Source: Akkermansiaceae bacterium
GTDB taxonomy: Bacteria > Verrucomicrobiota > Verrucomicrobiia > Verrucomicrobiales > Akkermansiaceae
Assembly (NCBI GenBank): GCA_051251915.1
Contig: JBPOGF010000007.1
Span: 103,675-167,674 of the forward strand
Length of the DNA: 64,000 nucleotides
Direction of reading: 5' to 3'
The notes beneath the pieces are model-generated. The model worked only from the letters and a program-made list of their open reading frames with translations, had not been told where the DNA came from and made no database searches. This document shows, piece by piece, positions 42,030-51,318 of the stretch (the first letter of the stretch is position 1; the number at the start of each line of letters is the position of its first letter). A program made the translations under genes and the position numbers.

Positions 42030-42524
42030 TTATTCGGTGATGGTGGCTTGGGAGACTTTCCAGTCGCCGTCGGTTTTTTTGAAGGTGAGCTGGGTTTTGA
42101 TGCTGTGGTCTAGGTCGCGGGGGAGGTTGTTTGTCTTGATGTGGAAGTCTAGTTGGACGTTGGCGGTGTCTGCTGTGATGTCGATGATGTTGATGACTTT
42201 GTCGGTGATGGTGACGATGGCGGGGGAGTTGGCTAGGCCGCCGTGCATCTGGACGAGTGAGCCTTTGTCGAAGATGGAGCCGAAGTCTGATGCGTATGGG
42301 ATGTCGTCTCGGTTGACTTTGAGGCCTACTTTATCATCTAGGAGGTCACGGAATGTGCTGGTGGTGATGGCTCCGCCGAATCTGCCGTCTCCGGCGTCTT
42401 TCTCGAAGCATTCGATGAGAGATTCAGTGTTGCGGGTGACGACTTTAGAGTCTGAAAACCACCAGAAGTAGAGGCCTGTGGCGCAGAGGATGATGGCGAT
42501 GAGGGTGAGGAGCTTTTTGTTCAT
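42030..42524 (-). CDS. Hypothetical membrane-anchored protein, NTF2-like
   Basis: N-terminal TM; C-terminal TANV...LTFKKTDGDWKV pattern. Confidence 0.55.
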   Translation of the reverse strand: MNKKLLTLIAIILCATGLYFWWFSDSKVVTRNTESLIECFEKDAGDGRFGGAITTSTFRDLLDDKVGLKVNRDDIPYASDFGSIFDKGSLVQMHGGLANSPAIVTITDKVINIIDITADTANVQLDFHIKTNNLPRDLDHSIKTQLTFKKTDGDWKVSQATITE

Positions 42525-42546
42525 GGTGTGAGTGTATTAAGGGCGT

Positions 42547-43854
42547 TTATAGTCTTCCTGATCTGCCGCTTTTGCCGCCGCCTTTGTTTTTGCGTGCGGA
42601 GGAGTCGTCATCTTTTTTGGCTGCTGGGGAGTCTGGGATGAGGCCTTCTGGGGTGATGATTTCTACTGGTGATCCGTCTGTGGCAAAGCTGAGTCTGGAG
42701 GTGGCGATGGTTTTGCCTGCTAGGTCTGGGTCTTGGGTGATGACGGAGTCTGGGGTGGTCCAGACGATGTTGATTTGTTTGCGCTGGACGGCGTTGTCTT
42801 CGATGAGGATGATTTCATCTGCTCCGTAGAGGTATTTGCGGTCGATGATGAAGGCGCCTTCGAGGGTGTTGCCTATGATGCTGGCTTTTACGGGTTGGTT
42901 GATGCGGAGTGGTGGGGTGTCGCTGAGGATGCCGAATGGGTCTTCGATGTGGGCGATGACGAAGAGCTCGCGTGAGGATTCATCTAGCTCACCTTCGACG
43001 TGTTTGATGGTGGCGTTCCAGATGGTTTTGTTGTTGGAGTTGATGGCGTCTGTTAGGGTGACTGGGATGCTTTGGTTGCCTTGTTCGTCGATGGTGATTT
43101 GTTCTAGCTGGATGGAGGATAGTGGGAGGCGGATCTCTGCTATGTCTGTGGCGTAAATTTCGCCAAGGTTGGTGCTGGCGCCTACGGACTGGCCTGGGCC
43201 TACTAGGCGGGTGCGGACGCGGCCGTTGATGGGGGCCTTGATGGAGGCGCGCTCGAGGTTTAGCTTGGCGCGGATGAGGGCGGCTTGCTGGGCTGCGAGG
43301 TTAGCTTCTGCTTCGCGGAGTTGGGGTTTTCTGAGGACGAGGTCGTTTGGTTCTTCGTCGAAGCCGATGTCTTTCCAGTTACGGAGGGCTTGGGCGGCGG
43401 TGGCTTTTTCTTGGATGAGTGCGGCTTCGGATCTGGCGAGGGCTGCTTCGGCGCTGATGATCTGGGCTCCAAAATCTGCGGGGTCGAGTTCTACGAGGAC
43501 TTCACCTTTTTGGAAGAATGCTCCGTCTTGGAATTTAGGGGAGATGTGGATGACTTGGCCTGCTACGAGGGCATTGAGCGTGGTGGTGGTTTTTGTTTTG
43601 ACGGTGCCTTGTGTGATTAGTTCTACGGGGAAGTCTACTGGGGTGAGGATGTCTGCTGTGGTTTCTTGGCCTTTAAGTTTTCTAGCATAGTTGTTTTTCC
43701 CTCCTTTGGTGGGTTTTCCTGCGCCTTTTCCTGATGGTTTTGCTGAGTTTTTGGCGTCAGCGTCATCGAGGGGTGTGGAAAAGTGGTTCACGCCAAACCA
43801 TGTCGCCAGGATGATGACGACGATTGGGATGAATTTTAAAAGGGCTTTCTTCAT
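42547..43854 (-). CDS. RND efflux periplasmic adaptor (membrane fusion protein)
   Basis: Lipoyl halves VAGQV...GAFFQKGEVLVELD and IKAPING...GQSV flanking an alpha-hairpin. Confidence 0.9.
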   Translation of the reverse strand: MKKALLKFIPIVVIILATWFGVNHFSTPLDDADAKNSAKPSGKGAGKPTKGGKNNYARKLKGQETTADILTPVDFPVELITQGTVKTKTTTTLNALVAGQVIHISPKFQDGAFFQKGEVLVELDPADFGAQIISAEAALARSEAALIQEKATAAQALRNWKDIGFDEEPNDLVLRKPQLREAEANLAAQQAALIRAKLNLERASIKAPINGRVRTRLVGPGQSVGASTNLGEIYATDIAEIRLPLSSIQLEQITIDEQGNQSIPVTLTDAINSNNKTIWNATIKHVEGELDESSRELFVIAHIEDPFGILSDTPPLRINQPVKASIIGNTLEGAFIIDRKYLYGADEIILIEDNAVQRKQINIVWTTPDSVITQDPDLAGKTIATSRLSFATDGSPVEIITPEGLIPDSPAAKKDDDSSARKNKGGGKSGRSGRL

Positions 43855-44037
43855 TATGTTATGGGCATCTTCGGTGGTTTCCGAGGATGCTTTTGGTTTG
43901 TATTGCTAGAGAGTTGTAGGTGGCTTGGATGATCTAAGTTAACCCCGTAGGGGGGAGAAGCAAATCATCGCAAGTAAATAGCGCGTCTCATATAAACTGA
44001 GATTCTCAGAGAATATTTCAATATAAATTCGGTTTGG

Positions 44038-45276
44038 TTACTTTACGCGGTAGTAGCCATCAGGATTGTAGAGGAAGTAGGCGTCGTGTGGGTTGAGTCT
44101 AGGTAGGTAGAGGCATGGTTTGCCGTCGTTGCCTACGGTCTCGCTGAGGAATGCGTCTTTTTCGGTTTTCTTTGGTTTGATGGTGTCAGGGTTAACTCGC
44201 GCTGAGGTTTCCTTGATGCTGGTGACGATGTGGTTTACCCATTTGAGTTTCTTGGCTTCTGTGGCGAATTCAAACCAGTCTCCATCGGAGTTTTTGCCAT
44301 ACATTTGCTTGATGAATTCATCGGTAGATATGCCCATTTTTTTGGCTACTGGTGTGGCGAGTTTGTTCCACCATCTTTTGGCATCTTCGTAGGATTCCTT
44401 CTGTTGGGTGAGGTTCATGGTGCTGAACATGAAGCTGGAGCTGAGCTGGTGGTGGAGGATGATGGCATTTGGGTAGGCGTAGGATTCCTCGGCGAGGGTG
44501 GTGATGGTGGCTGCCATGGAGGCGGCGAATGACTTGACGACTACGTGGACGGGGGCGTCTGAGCCTTCCATGGCCTTGAGGATACGGTAACCGGCCATGA
44601 CGGAGCCGCCTGGTGAGGAGTCGATGACGATGAAGATGGGGAGCTTTTTGTCTTTGTTATTAAAGTAGTGAATGCGGTCACAGATGTGATCTGCGCTTTC
44701 TGAGGTGACGGGGCCATTGAAGCCGATGCGGCGGTCAGAGATGACGAGGGTGTCTGCGTCTTGGAGTGGATTTTCTAGGTAGACGGGCTTGTTGTCGGCG
44801 AAGTTTTCGCGTTGGTTGTTGATCTTGATGGCTTCGAGCTCGGCTTCTTGGAGGGAGGTTTTGCTGAGGAGCTTGGTTTTCTGGAGTGAGAGTTCTGAGG
44901 CGGCTAGGGCTGCTTTGCTTTTGGCGATGGAGGCTTCACGTTCTAGCTTGGCTTCGAGGTCGATGGAGGCTTTGAGTTCGGCTTTTTCGAGAGCGGTTTG
45001 CTTGAGGTCCTCGATGAGTTGTTGTTCGGTGAGGAGTTCTCGTTCGAGTTTAAGCTTGGATATTTTGGCGCGGAGGTCGGCGAGTTCTTCTTTGAGTTTC
45101 TCAGCCTGGAGGGTGTTTTTCTGGGTGAGTGCGTCTAGCTCGGATTCTTGTGGTTGTTGCTCTACTAGCTGGGCCACGGCGGGGGCGGGAGTCTGGGCAA
45201 TGGCTGAGAATGTGGTGAGAGCGAGAGCTGAAGGGATGAAGATTAGCTTTTTCATGATGCCGATATTATGGTTCAT
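44038..45276 (-). CDS. Exported ClpP-like (S14) peptidase with N-terminal coiled coil
   Basis: Signal peptide (AIA-Q), long coiled coil, then IDSSPGGSVMAG, FAASMAA, ILHHQ and GDWF. Confidence 0.8.
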   Translation of the reverse strand: MNHNIGIMKKLIFIPSALALTTFSAIAQTPAPAVAQLVEQQPQESELDALTQKNTLQAEKLKEELADLRAKISKLKLERELLTEQQLIEDLKQTALEKAELKASIDLEAKLEREASIAKSKAALAASELSLQKTKLLSKTSLQEAELEAIKINNQRENFADNKPVYLENPLQDADTLVISDRRIGFNGPVTSESADHICDRIHYFNNKDKKLPIFIVIDSSPGGSVMAGYRILKAMEGSDAPVHVVVKSFAASMAATITTLAEESYAYPNAIILHHQLSSSFMFSTMNLTQQKESYEDAKRWWNKLATPVAKKMGISTDEFIKQMYGKNSDGDWFEFATEAKKLKWVNHIVTSIKETSARVNPDTIKPKKTEKDAFLSETVGNDGKPCLYLPRLNPHDAYFLYNPDGYYRVK

Positions 45277-45379
45277 CGGGTAGTGATAGCAAATGAAAAG
45301 TGTTATTGGTTATAGGTTATAGGTTATTGGGCTTGGATGATGGTGGGTTTGGATGATGGAACTGCTTTGGAGAAAGCGA

Positions 45380-46378
45380 TTATGGGGTGGGGGTGTTGGT
45401 ATTCATGTGTTTTGCGGTGAGTTCTTGGAGGTGTTGGGGGTTTAGGTCTGGGCCGATGAGGATGGCGGAGTTTGGGACGTTGTCGTTGAGGTTAACTCTT
45501 TGTGTGTATTTGGAAACTTCTGTTCCGACTCGCTCGAATAGGTAGCGGTATTTTGGTCTTTCTGTGATGCCGATGAGGAGCTTGGTTCTGATGACGTCTG
45601 GGGGGAGGAGGGCGAGCCAGGTTCTGATGGTTTCCTCTGGAGCTTGTTTGGGCATGAGGATTTGGCAGGCAGTGAAGGCGTGAGTTTTGTGGTGGGCGGG
45701 GGATTTTTTGATAAGGTTGAGATCTGATGTTTGGTTTGGGTTGGTGGGGTGGGTGGATACTTGGGTGTGGTGTTTTTTTGCTAGGGTAATGACCATTTCG
45801 ATGAGTTGAGGTTTGTCGACTATCGATGCGTAGGCGTTGACTTGCTTGACCTGCTGGGTGATGGCGTCTAGTGGGGTTTCTGGTGTGGTGTGGGAGAAGT
45901 AGATGTGGCTGGCGGTTTGGAGCTGTAGTTCCTCGATGTCTTGGTAGGTGCTTCTGTTTCCGAAGTGGCGGGCATCGATGACGCAGATCTGCCATCTGGG
46001 GTGGAGCTTGAGTTTGTCTTCTAGTAGGGTGAAGGATTCTACGATGGGGAGTGGATCTGCGGTTCCGTTTAGCTCGATGAAGAGGAGGTCTGCGGTGGAT
46101 TTTGAGGATTTGACGGAGAGGTCTAGGAGGAAGTCTAGGCCCTCGCAGCAGGCGCAGGTGGCGGTGAGGGGCTCAACGTTGCTGGCGAATTGTTTGAGGG
46201 TTTCGCTATCTAGGCTGGCGTCTGCGTAGTCATTTAGGATGACATCTGAGAGGAGGTTTTCCTCTTGAGCGGCTAGGAGGAGGTCTCTTAGTATGGTTGT
46301 TTTACCTGCTCCTAGGAATCCGGTGATGAGGATGGCGGGATGGGTTGAGGTGATGTGTGGAATATAGGGGAGGTTCAT
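45380..46378 (-). CDS. CobW/COG0523 family GTPase metallochaperone
   Basis: ITGFLGAGKTT, CACC (CxCC), ELNGTADP and VIDA. Confidence 0.88.
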   Translation of the reverse strand: MNLPYIPHITSTHPAILITGFLGAGKTTILRDLLLAAQEENLLSDVILNDYADASLDSETLKQFASNVEPLTATCACCEGLDFLLDLSVKSSKSTADLLFIELNGTADPLPIVESFTLLEDKLKLHPRWQICVIDARHFGNRSTYQDIEELQLQTASHIYFSHTTPETPLDAITQQVKQVNAYASIVDKPQLIEMVITLAKKHHTQVSTHPTNPNQTSDLNLIKKSPAHHKTHAFTACQILMPKQAPEETIRTWLALLPPDVIRTKLLIGITERPKYRYLFERVGTEVSKYTQRVNLNDNVPNSAILIGPDLNPQHLQELTAKHMNTNTPTP

Positions 46379-46945
46379 TTAGATGAAGTTCTTGGGGCGG
46401 GTATGGGTGTCTGTTTGCTGGAGGAATTCTTGGATCCAGCGTGTGGCTGGCTGGGGAGGGAGCCAGGGAGCTTTGCTTTTTACTTTCTGCCATTGTGTGT
46501 AGCAGTCTTGGCGGTATTTTGTGCCGTGGCGTTGTTCGATCCATTTTTCGTATGCGATCCACCATTCTAGGAATGGGGTGAGAGAGGTGAGCATGGTGGA
46601 GGGGTCAGAGGCTTGGATGTCGCTTTGTGACCATTGTCCGGCGACGAGTCGGTGGTTGGGGAGCCATTGGTAGAAACGGCAGCGTTGTCTGAGGAAAACG
46701 AAGTTTGATGAGTCGGTATAGAATCCGGCGCATGAGCCGTAGAGTTCGATGGTGCCTTGACTGGTCTGGAGTGTGTAGCAGCTGGTTCCGGGTAGGCCTG
46801 TGGAGGGTGATTTTTTGAATCCGTGGGCTTGTAGTTGGTTGCCACTGGGGTGGATGACGTCTTTGCCCCAGAAATACATTTGTTGGTAGAAACCGTTGGC
46901 ACAGTCTTTTAGCAGGAGTCTGAGCCTTTTTTTGTCAAGGGTCAT
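46379..46945 (-). CDS. Hypothetical Trp/aromatic-rich protein
   Basis: 188 aa ORF tightly packed between the MerC-like and COG0523 genes. Confidence 0.7.
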   Translation of the reverse strand: MTLDKKRLRLLLKDCANGFYQQMYFWGKDVIHPSGNQLQAHGFKKSPSTGLPGTSCYTLQTSQGTIELYGSCAGFYTDSSNFVFLRQRCRFYQWLPNHRLVAGQWSQSDIQASDPSTMLTSLTPFLEWWIAYEKWIEQRHGTKYRQDCYTQWQKVKSKAPWLPPQPATRWIQEFLQQTDTHTRPKNFI

Positions 46946-46951
46946 GGCTGT

Positions 46952-47548
46952 TTAGACGGCTGGTGCTGGCTTTAGTTTGCGTTTTTTGCGGCATCTGCAG
47001 GATGAGCAGCTGCAGAGGTTTCCTGCGTGAACGGCTATTAGACAAAGACCGCCTAGTGTGGTGACAATGCTGGCTGGTGGGATATGGAGGGATTTTTCGC
47101 CCAGTTCGTTTACGGTGATGGATGGGCAGCAGTTGTCGGTGCAGACTGGTGTGGCCGCTGCGGTGGCTTGGCAGGTTCCTGAGGCGCAGCATGAGGCGGT
47201 GGTGGCAGGGGCGATGGTTGCTTGGTTTGAGGTGGGCGGTATTTCAACGTATGGGAGGATGGCTCCTACGATGACGAAGAGGATGCCGAGAGAGCCGATG
47301 GCCACGATCCATTTTTTACCGTGTTTCTGGTATCCTTTTTTCATCATGTAAACGGCGATGGGGATGACTACTATTGCCATGGCCCAGTGGGTGGATGGGT
47401 GTGCCCATGTCTTACCGAAGGTGGGTAGGAGAATGAGGAGGATGGGGGTGAGTGCGCAGTGTATGGCGCAGAGGACGGAGGCGATGATTCCGATGCGGTC
47501 TACGCGTGCTTGACGGGTGAAGTCTGAGTGTTTAGCTGTGAGTTCCAT
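46952..47548 (-). CDS. MerC-domain membrane protein with Cys-rich inserts
   Basis: DRIGIIASVLCAIHCALTP, GYQKH, CCASGTC, CTDNCC and CSCSSCRC. Confidence 0.85.
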   Translation of the reverse strand: MELTAKHSDFTRQARVDRIGIIASVLCAIHCALTPILLILLPTFGKTWAHPSTHWAMAIVVIPIAVYMMKKGYQKHGKKWIVAIGSLGILFVIVGAILPYVEIPPTSNQATIAPATTASCCASGTCQATAAATPVCTDNCCPSITVNELGEKSLHIPPASIVTTLGGLCLIAVHAGNLCSCSSCRCRKKRKLKPAPAV

Positions 47549-47595
47549 ATTTGGTGTTGTGTTGTGTTGTGTTGATTGATGAAACTCTTAAGGTA

Positions 47596-47637
47596 AACGC
47601 AACAAACTTGCAATAGTTAATGCAAATTTGTTGCGTT
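47596..47637. promoter_or_regulatory. Tandem Zur/Fur-family-like boxes
   Basis: AACGCAACAAACTTGCAAT and AATGCAAATTTGTTGCGTT are each near GCAAC-N3-GTTGC and together form one long inverted repeat upstream of the MerC/COG0523 genes. Confidence 0.7.
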
Positions 47638-47839
47638 AGCTTGAGTTTCTTTTAAAAGTTAGGATGAATGAATCTAACATTTTAACATGAGTGAGATGTA
47701 TTGTTCTTGCTATGAACTGGTTATCAATTGTGGGTGGATTGATATTTACATGATTACTGAAAATGGGAGGTTGATAGTGTTGTTGTTGTATAGCTGGCTA
47801 ATAGAGAGCTGAGTTATCTAATACTGAATTAAGAAATTT

Positions 47840-48646
47840 ATGCAAAATTCCCTAACCAATCTAACGAACGAAGAGAGCCTTAAGCTTCATGATCTGTGGA
47901 GAATAGCTGCGGATGCTACTTACTCGAATAGCAGCGAGACGCTGAAGTTATTTACCCAACGGCTTGCTTGTTTATTCAATGCTAAGAAGGCTTCATGGAT
48001 TGCAGTGATTCATGGGAAATCACCCTCAGATGTTTATTCTATTCAGCTGCTGGCTGGCTGGTGGGCATTAGACATAGTAGACTACGATCCTAACTTCGAT
48101 GTTGATGAGATTACTTCCAAATTCATTGAACTGACTCGGAAGCATGGTACTGGAAGGGACACGAAAGCGATGCTCAAAGCATCAGGACAAACGCGAGTTC
48201 AGCTTAGGCAGGATACGATCTCTGACGAAGATTTTGACGATCACTGGAAAACAAAATATTACAATGTGCCTATTCTAGGGATAAAGGAGCGGATGCACAC
48301 CGCCTATCATGTATCACCTGTGGCAGAATCTTATTTCCTAATTGACCGGGATGTGGATGGCGCGCCATTTACGGAGCGAGACCGAGGATTGGCTTACTTA
48401 GCGATCTCAGGAGCTGCTGTACTTCATCGGAAACTCTTTATCGAGCGGGGTCTTGTCGCACCAGCGTCCCATCCGCTTTCACCTAGAGAAAAAGAAATAT
48501 TTCCGCATTTGTTTACTGATCTCACTCAGAAAGAGATAGCTTCTAAGCTGGGAATTAGTATGAATACGGTGTCTAAAAACATCAATATTATTTACCAGAA
48601 GTTCAAAGTGCGAGGTAGGAACGGTTTAATTTCCGTCTGCCAATAG
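47840..48646 (+). CDS. LuxR-type HTH transcriptional regulator
   Basis: C-terminal LSPREKEIF...TQKEIASKLGISMNTV...IYQKFKVRGR. Confidence 0.88.
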   Translation: MQNSLTNLTNEESLKLHDLWRIAADATYSNSSETLKLFTQRLACLFNAKKASWIAVIHGKSPSDVYSIQLLAGWWALDIVDYDPNFDVDEITSKFIELTRKHGTGRDTKAMLKASGQTRVQLRQDTISDEDFDDHWKTKYYNVPILGIKERMHTAYHVSPVAESYFLIDRDVDGAPFTERDRGLAYLAISGAAVLHRKLFIERGLVAPASHPLSPREKEIFPHLFTDLTQKEIASKLGISMNTVSKNINIIYQKFKVRGRNGLISVCQ

Positions 48647-48774
48647 ATGTGAAATGTGGTGTTCTAATAAGCACACCTACTTGATGAGTTGTTTTAAACC
48701 TCATATCATTTATTTACTGGGCATTGATTCATTCAGTTATGATTCTTGTGCAACAAGAGAGAGCTTGTTTCTGG

Positions 48775-48791
48775 TTGCAACATTGTTGCAA
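48775..48791. promoter_or_regulatory. Perfect palindrome TTGCAAC-ATT-GTTGCAA (Zur-like box)
   Basis: Same motif as 47596-47637. Confidence 0.6.
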
Positions 48792-49126
48792 ATTGAGGGC
48801 TGATCAGTGAGGCTGCTAGGTTTAAGGTATCAGAAAATACTTTATTCATAGGAGTTTGAGCTGATGAGGTGCGATTTTAGCTGGCGGAGTAAATGTCGAT
48901 AACAACCGGTCATAGCATTGCTTTCGACATTAGCTTCGCTGGCTTACTCGTTCGTTTTACTCGGGAGGGGCTGAGGTTGTGGTTAGAATCGTGCGTTAGC
49001 AATGGTGGCAAATGGAGGGGAGTTGAGGAGTTGTGGGTGGGGAATTGGTTTATGTTTGGTTTGTTGCTTGCAATTTTATGGGATGTCGCTGGAGTGTGTG
49101 TAACCAAAAATTGACTATTATTGATT

Positions 49127-51214
49127 ATGACAACGCATCCATTTTTATCTGACGATTACCACATTCGCTGGTCCGCCCTTACTCCTGATTGTGTGGAGAG
49201 TGACATTAAGCAGGGCATAGCTCTGGCTGAGGAGAGGCTGGAGGCGATCCGGAAGTTGGATGCGTCTGAGGTGACTTTGGAGAATACGTTTTTGGCGTTG
49301 GAGAGTGCGACTGAGGAGTTGGGCCGTGGTTGGGGGAGGTTGAATCATTTGGATTCGGTGACTGCTATTGATGGGATGAGGGATGCTCTTAATGCTATGC
49401 TTCCTGAGGTATCTGCGTTTTATTCATCGATCTCGCTTGATGCTGAGATCTGGGTGTCTTTGAAGGCTTTTAGGGATAGTGATGCGGGGAAGGGGCTGAG
49501 TGCTCTGGAGCAGCGATTTGTGGATGAGACTTGTATTGAGTTTGTTTCTTCTGGTGCTGATTTACCTGCTGATAAGAAGGCTAGGGTGGCTGAGATAGAT
49601 TCTAAGTTGTCAGCTGTTACGCAGAAGTTTGCTGAGAATGTGGTGGATTCTACTGATGACTGGGAGTTGGTGGTGGATGACGAGGCGCGTCTTGCTGGGT
49701 TGCCGAAGATGGTGAAGGAGGGAGCTAGATTGAGCGCTCTGGAGAAGGGTGAAGGGACTGAGGAGGCTCCGAAGTGGAGGTTTACGTTGCAGTATCCGTC
49801 GATGGCTCCTGTGATGCAGTTTGCTGATGATGATAGTTTGAGGAAGGATATCTGGTTAGGTATGGGGCAGATAGGCTATAAGGGCGACTGGGATAATACG
49901 AAGTTGATCTGGGAGATTCTGGAGTTGCGTCAGGAGAAGGCTGAGTTGTTAGGGAAGGATAATTTTCCGGATATGATTTTGGAGCATAGGATGGCTAAGA
50001 GTGGTCAGGGAGCGATGGACTTTACTGAGAGCATGCATGCTAAGGTCGAGTCACATTTCTTGAAGGATCAGGAGAGTTTGAAGGAGTATGTGTCTGAGAA
50101 GACGGGGTCTGAGGTTCGTTTGTTAGAGCCGTGGGAGACTGGTTACTGGGTGGAGAAGCGCAGGAAAGAGGAGTATGATTTTGATAGTGAGGCGCTGCGT
50201 CCCTATTTCTCAGTGGAGAATGTGATGGCTGGGATGTTTGCTATTACTAGTAAGATTTTTGGTATCAAGATAGAGGAGCGTGAGACAGTGTTTGGTGAGG
50301 ATAAGGAGGGTGCTGTGCAGGTGTGGCATGAGGATTGTCTTTACTATGATGTGTTTGATGAGGCTAGTGGTGATCTGTTAGGTTCATTTTATGCTGACTG
50401 GCATCCTAGACAGGGTAAGCGTGGTGGAGCGTGGATGAATACGCTGAAGACTGGGTTGCCGCCGATGGATGGTAAGGCTAGGGTTCCTCATTTGGGGCTT
50501 ATGGTTGGTAATATGACTAAGCCTGTGGGTAAGGAGCCTGCGTTGTTAGCTCATAGAGAAGTGGAAACTATTTTCCATGAGTTTGGGCATTTATTGCATC
50601 ATGTTCTGGGTGAGGCTGAGATTAAGTCTTTGTCTGGGATGAATGTGCCTTGGGATTTTGTGGAGTTGCCATCACAGATTATGGAGAACTATTGCTGGGA
50701 GCGTGTGACTCTGGATATGTTTGCGAAGCATTATGAGACTGGTGAGGTGATTCCTGATGCGTTGTTTGATAAGATGATCGCTGCTAGAAACTATATGAGT
50801 GGGACGCATAATATGCGTCAGCTTGGGATGCAGATGCTAGATCTGGAGATCCATTTGCATGGTGATAAGTATAAGGGGATGGATCTGGTGGAGATGGAGC
50901 AGCAGATTCTGGAGAGATACCGTACGGATATGGCTACTGAGTCACCGAGTATTTTGAGGAAGTTTAATCACTTGTTTAGTGGTGCGGTGGCTTATGCTTC
51001 TGGTTACTATTCTTACAAGTGGGCTGAGGTTCTGGATGCGGATGCATTTACGCGCTTTAAGAAGGAGGGTGTGCTGAATGCTGAGACTGGGAAATCATTT
51101 AGGGATGAGATCTTGGGAGCGGGGAATACACGTCCGGCGGATGAATCATACCGTCAGTTCATGGGGAGAGATCCTGAGCTGAATCCTGTGCTTGAGAGAG
51201 CGGGGATGGTATAG
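49127..51214 (+). CDS. prlC: M3 family metallopeptidase (oligopeptidase A-like)
   Basis: GKRGGAWM, FHEFGHLLH, WDFVELPSQIMEN and GYYSYKWAEVL. Confidence 0.9.
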   Translation: MTTHPFLSDDYHIRWSALTPDCVESDIKQGIALAEERLEAIRKLDASEVTLENTFLALESATEELGRGWGRLNHLDSVTAIDGMRDALNAMLPEVSAFYSSISLDAEIWVSLKAFRDSDAGKGLSALEQRFVDETCIEFVSSGADLPADKKARVAEIDSKLSAVTQKFAENVVDSTDDWELVVDDEARLAGLPKMVKEGARLSALEKGEGTEEAPKWRFTLQYPSMAPVMQFADDDSLRKDIWLGMGQIGYKGDWDNTKLIWEILELRQEKAELLGKDNFPDMILEHRMAKSGQGAMDFTESMHAKVESHFLKDQESLKEYVSEKTGSEVRLLEPWETGYWVEKRRKEEYDFDSEALRPYFSVENVMAGMFAITSKIFGIKIEERETVFGEDKEGAVQVWHEDCLYYDVFDEASGDLLGSFYADWHPRQGKRGGAWMNTLKTGLPPMDGKARVPHLGLMVGNMTKPVGKEPALLAHREVETIFHEFGHLLHHVLGEAEIKSLSGMNVPWDFVELPSQIMENYCWERVTLDMFAKHYETGEVIPDALFDKMIAARNYMSGTHNMRQLGMQMLDLEIHLHGDKYKGMDLVEMEQQILERYRTDMATESPSILRKFNHLFSGAVAYASGYYSYKWAEVLDADAFTRFKKEGVLNAETGKSFRDEILGAGNTRPADESYRQFMGRDPELNPVLERAGMV

Positions 51215-51255
51215 AGGTTTAGCGTTTTAGCTTATAGGAGCTAGATATTTAATAT

Positions 51256-51297
51256 AAAAAAGCGCCTTTGTAGGATTTCTACAGAGGCGCTTTTTTT
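51256..51297. terminator. Bidirectional intrinsic terminator
   Basis: AAAAAAGCGCCTTTGTAG-GATTT-CTACAGAGGCGCTTTTTTT between convergent genes. Confidence 0.9.
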
Positions 51298-51318
51298 AGT
51301 GTGAAGGAGTGATTTGGA

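Noticed and set aside
43985..44022. TGAGA/TCTCA words upstream of the RND adaptor, considered as a Fur box
   Set aside because: Half-site spacing (CTGAGATTCTCAG) does not match the usual 5-bp spacer. It may be another operator but is unsupported.
46952..47548. Mercury-resistance operon
   Set aside because: No merA, merR, merT or merP is present; the COG0523 context points to zinc homeostasis.
48861..48910. CTGATGAG as a hammerhead ribozyme core
   Set aside because: No stem II followed by GAAA is present at a workable distance.
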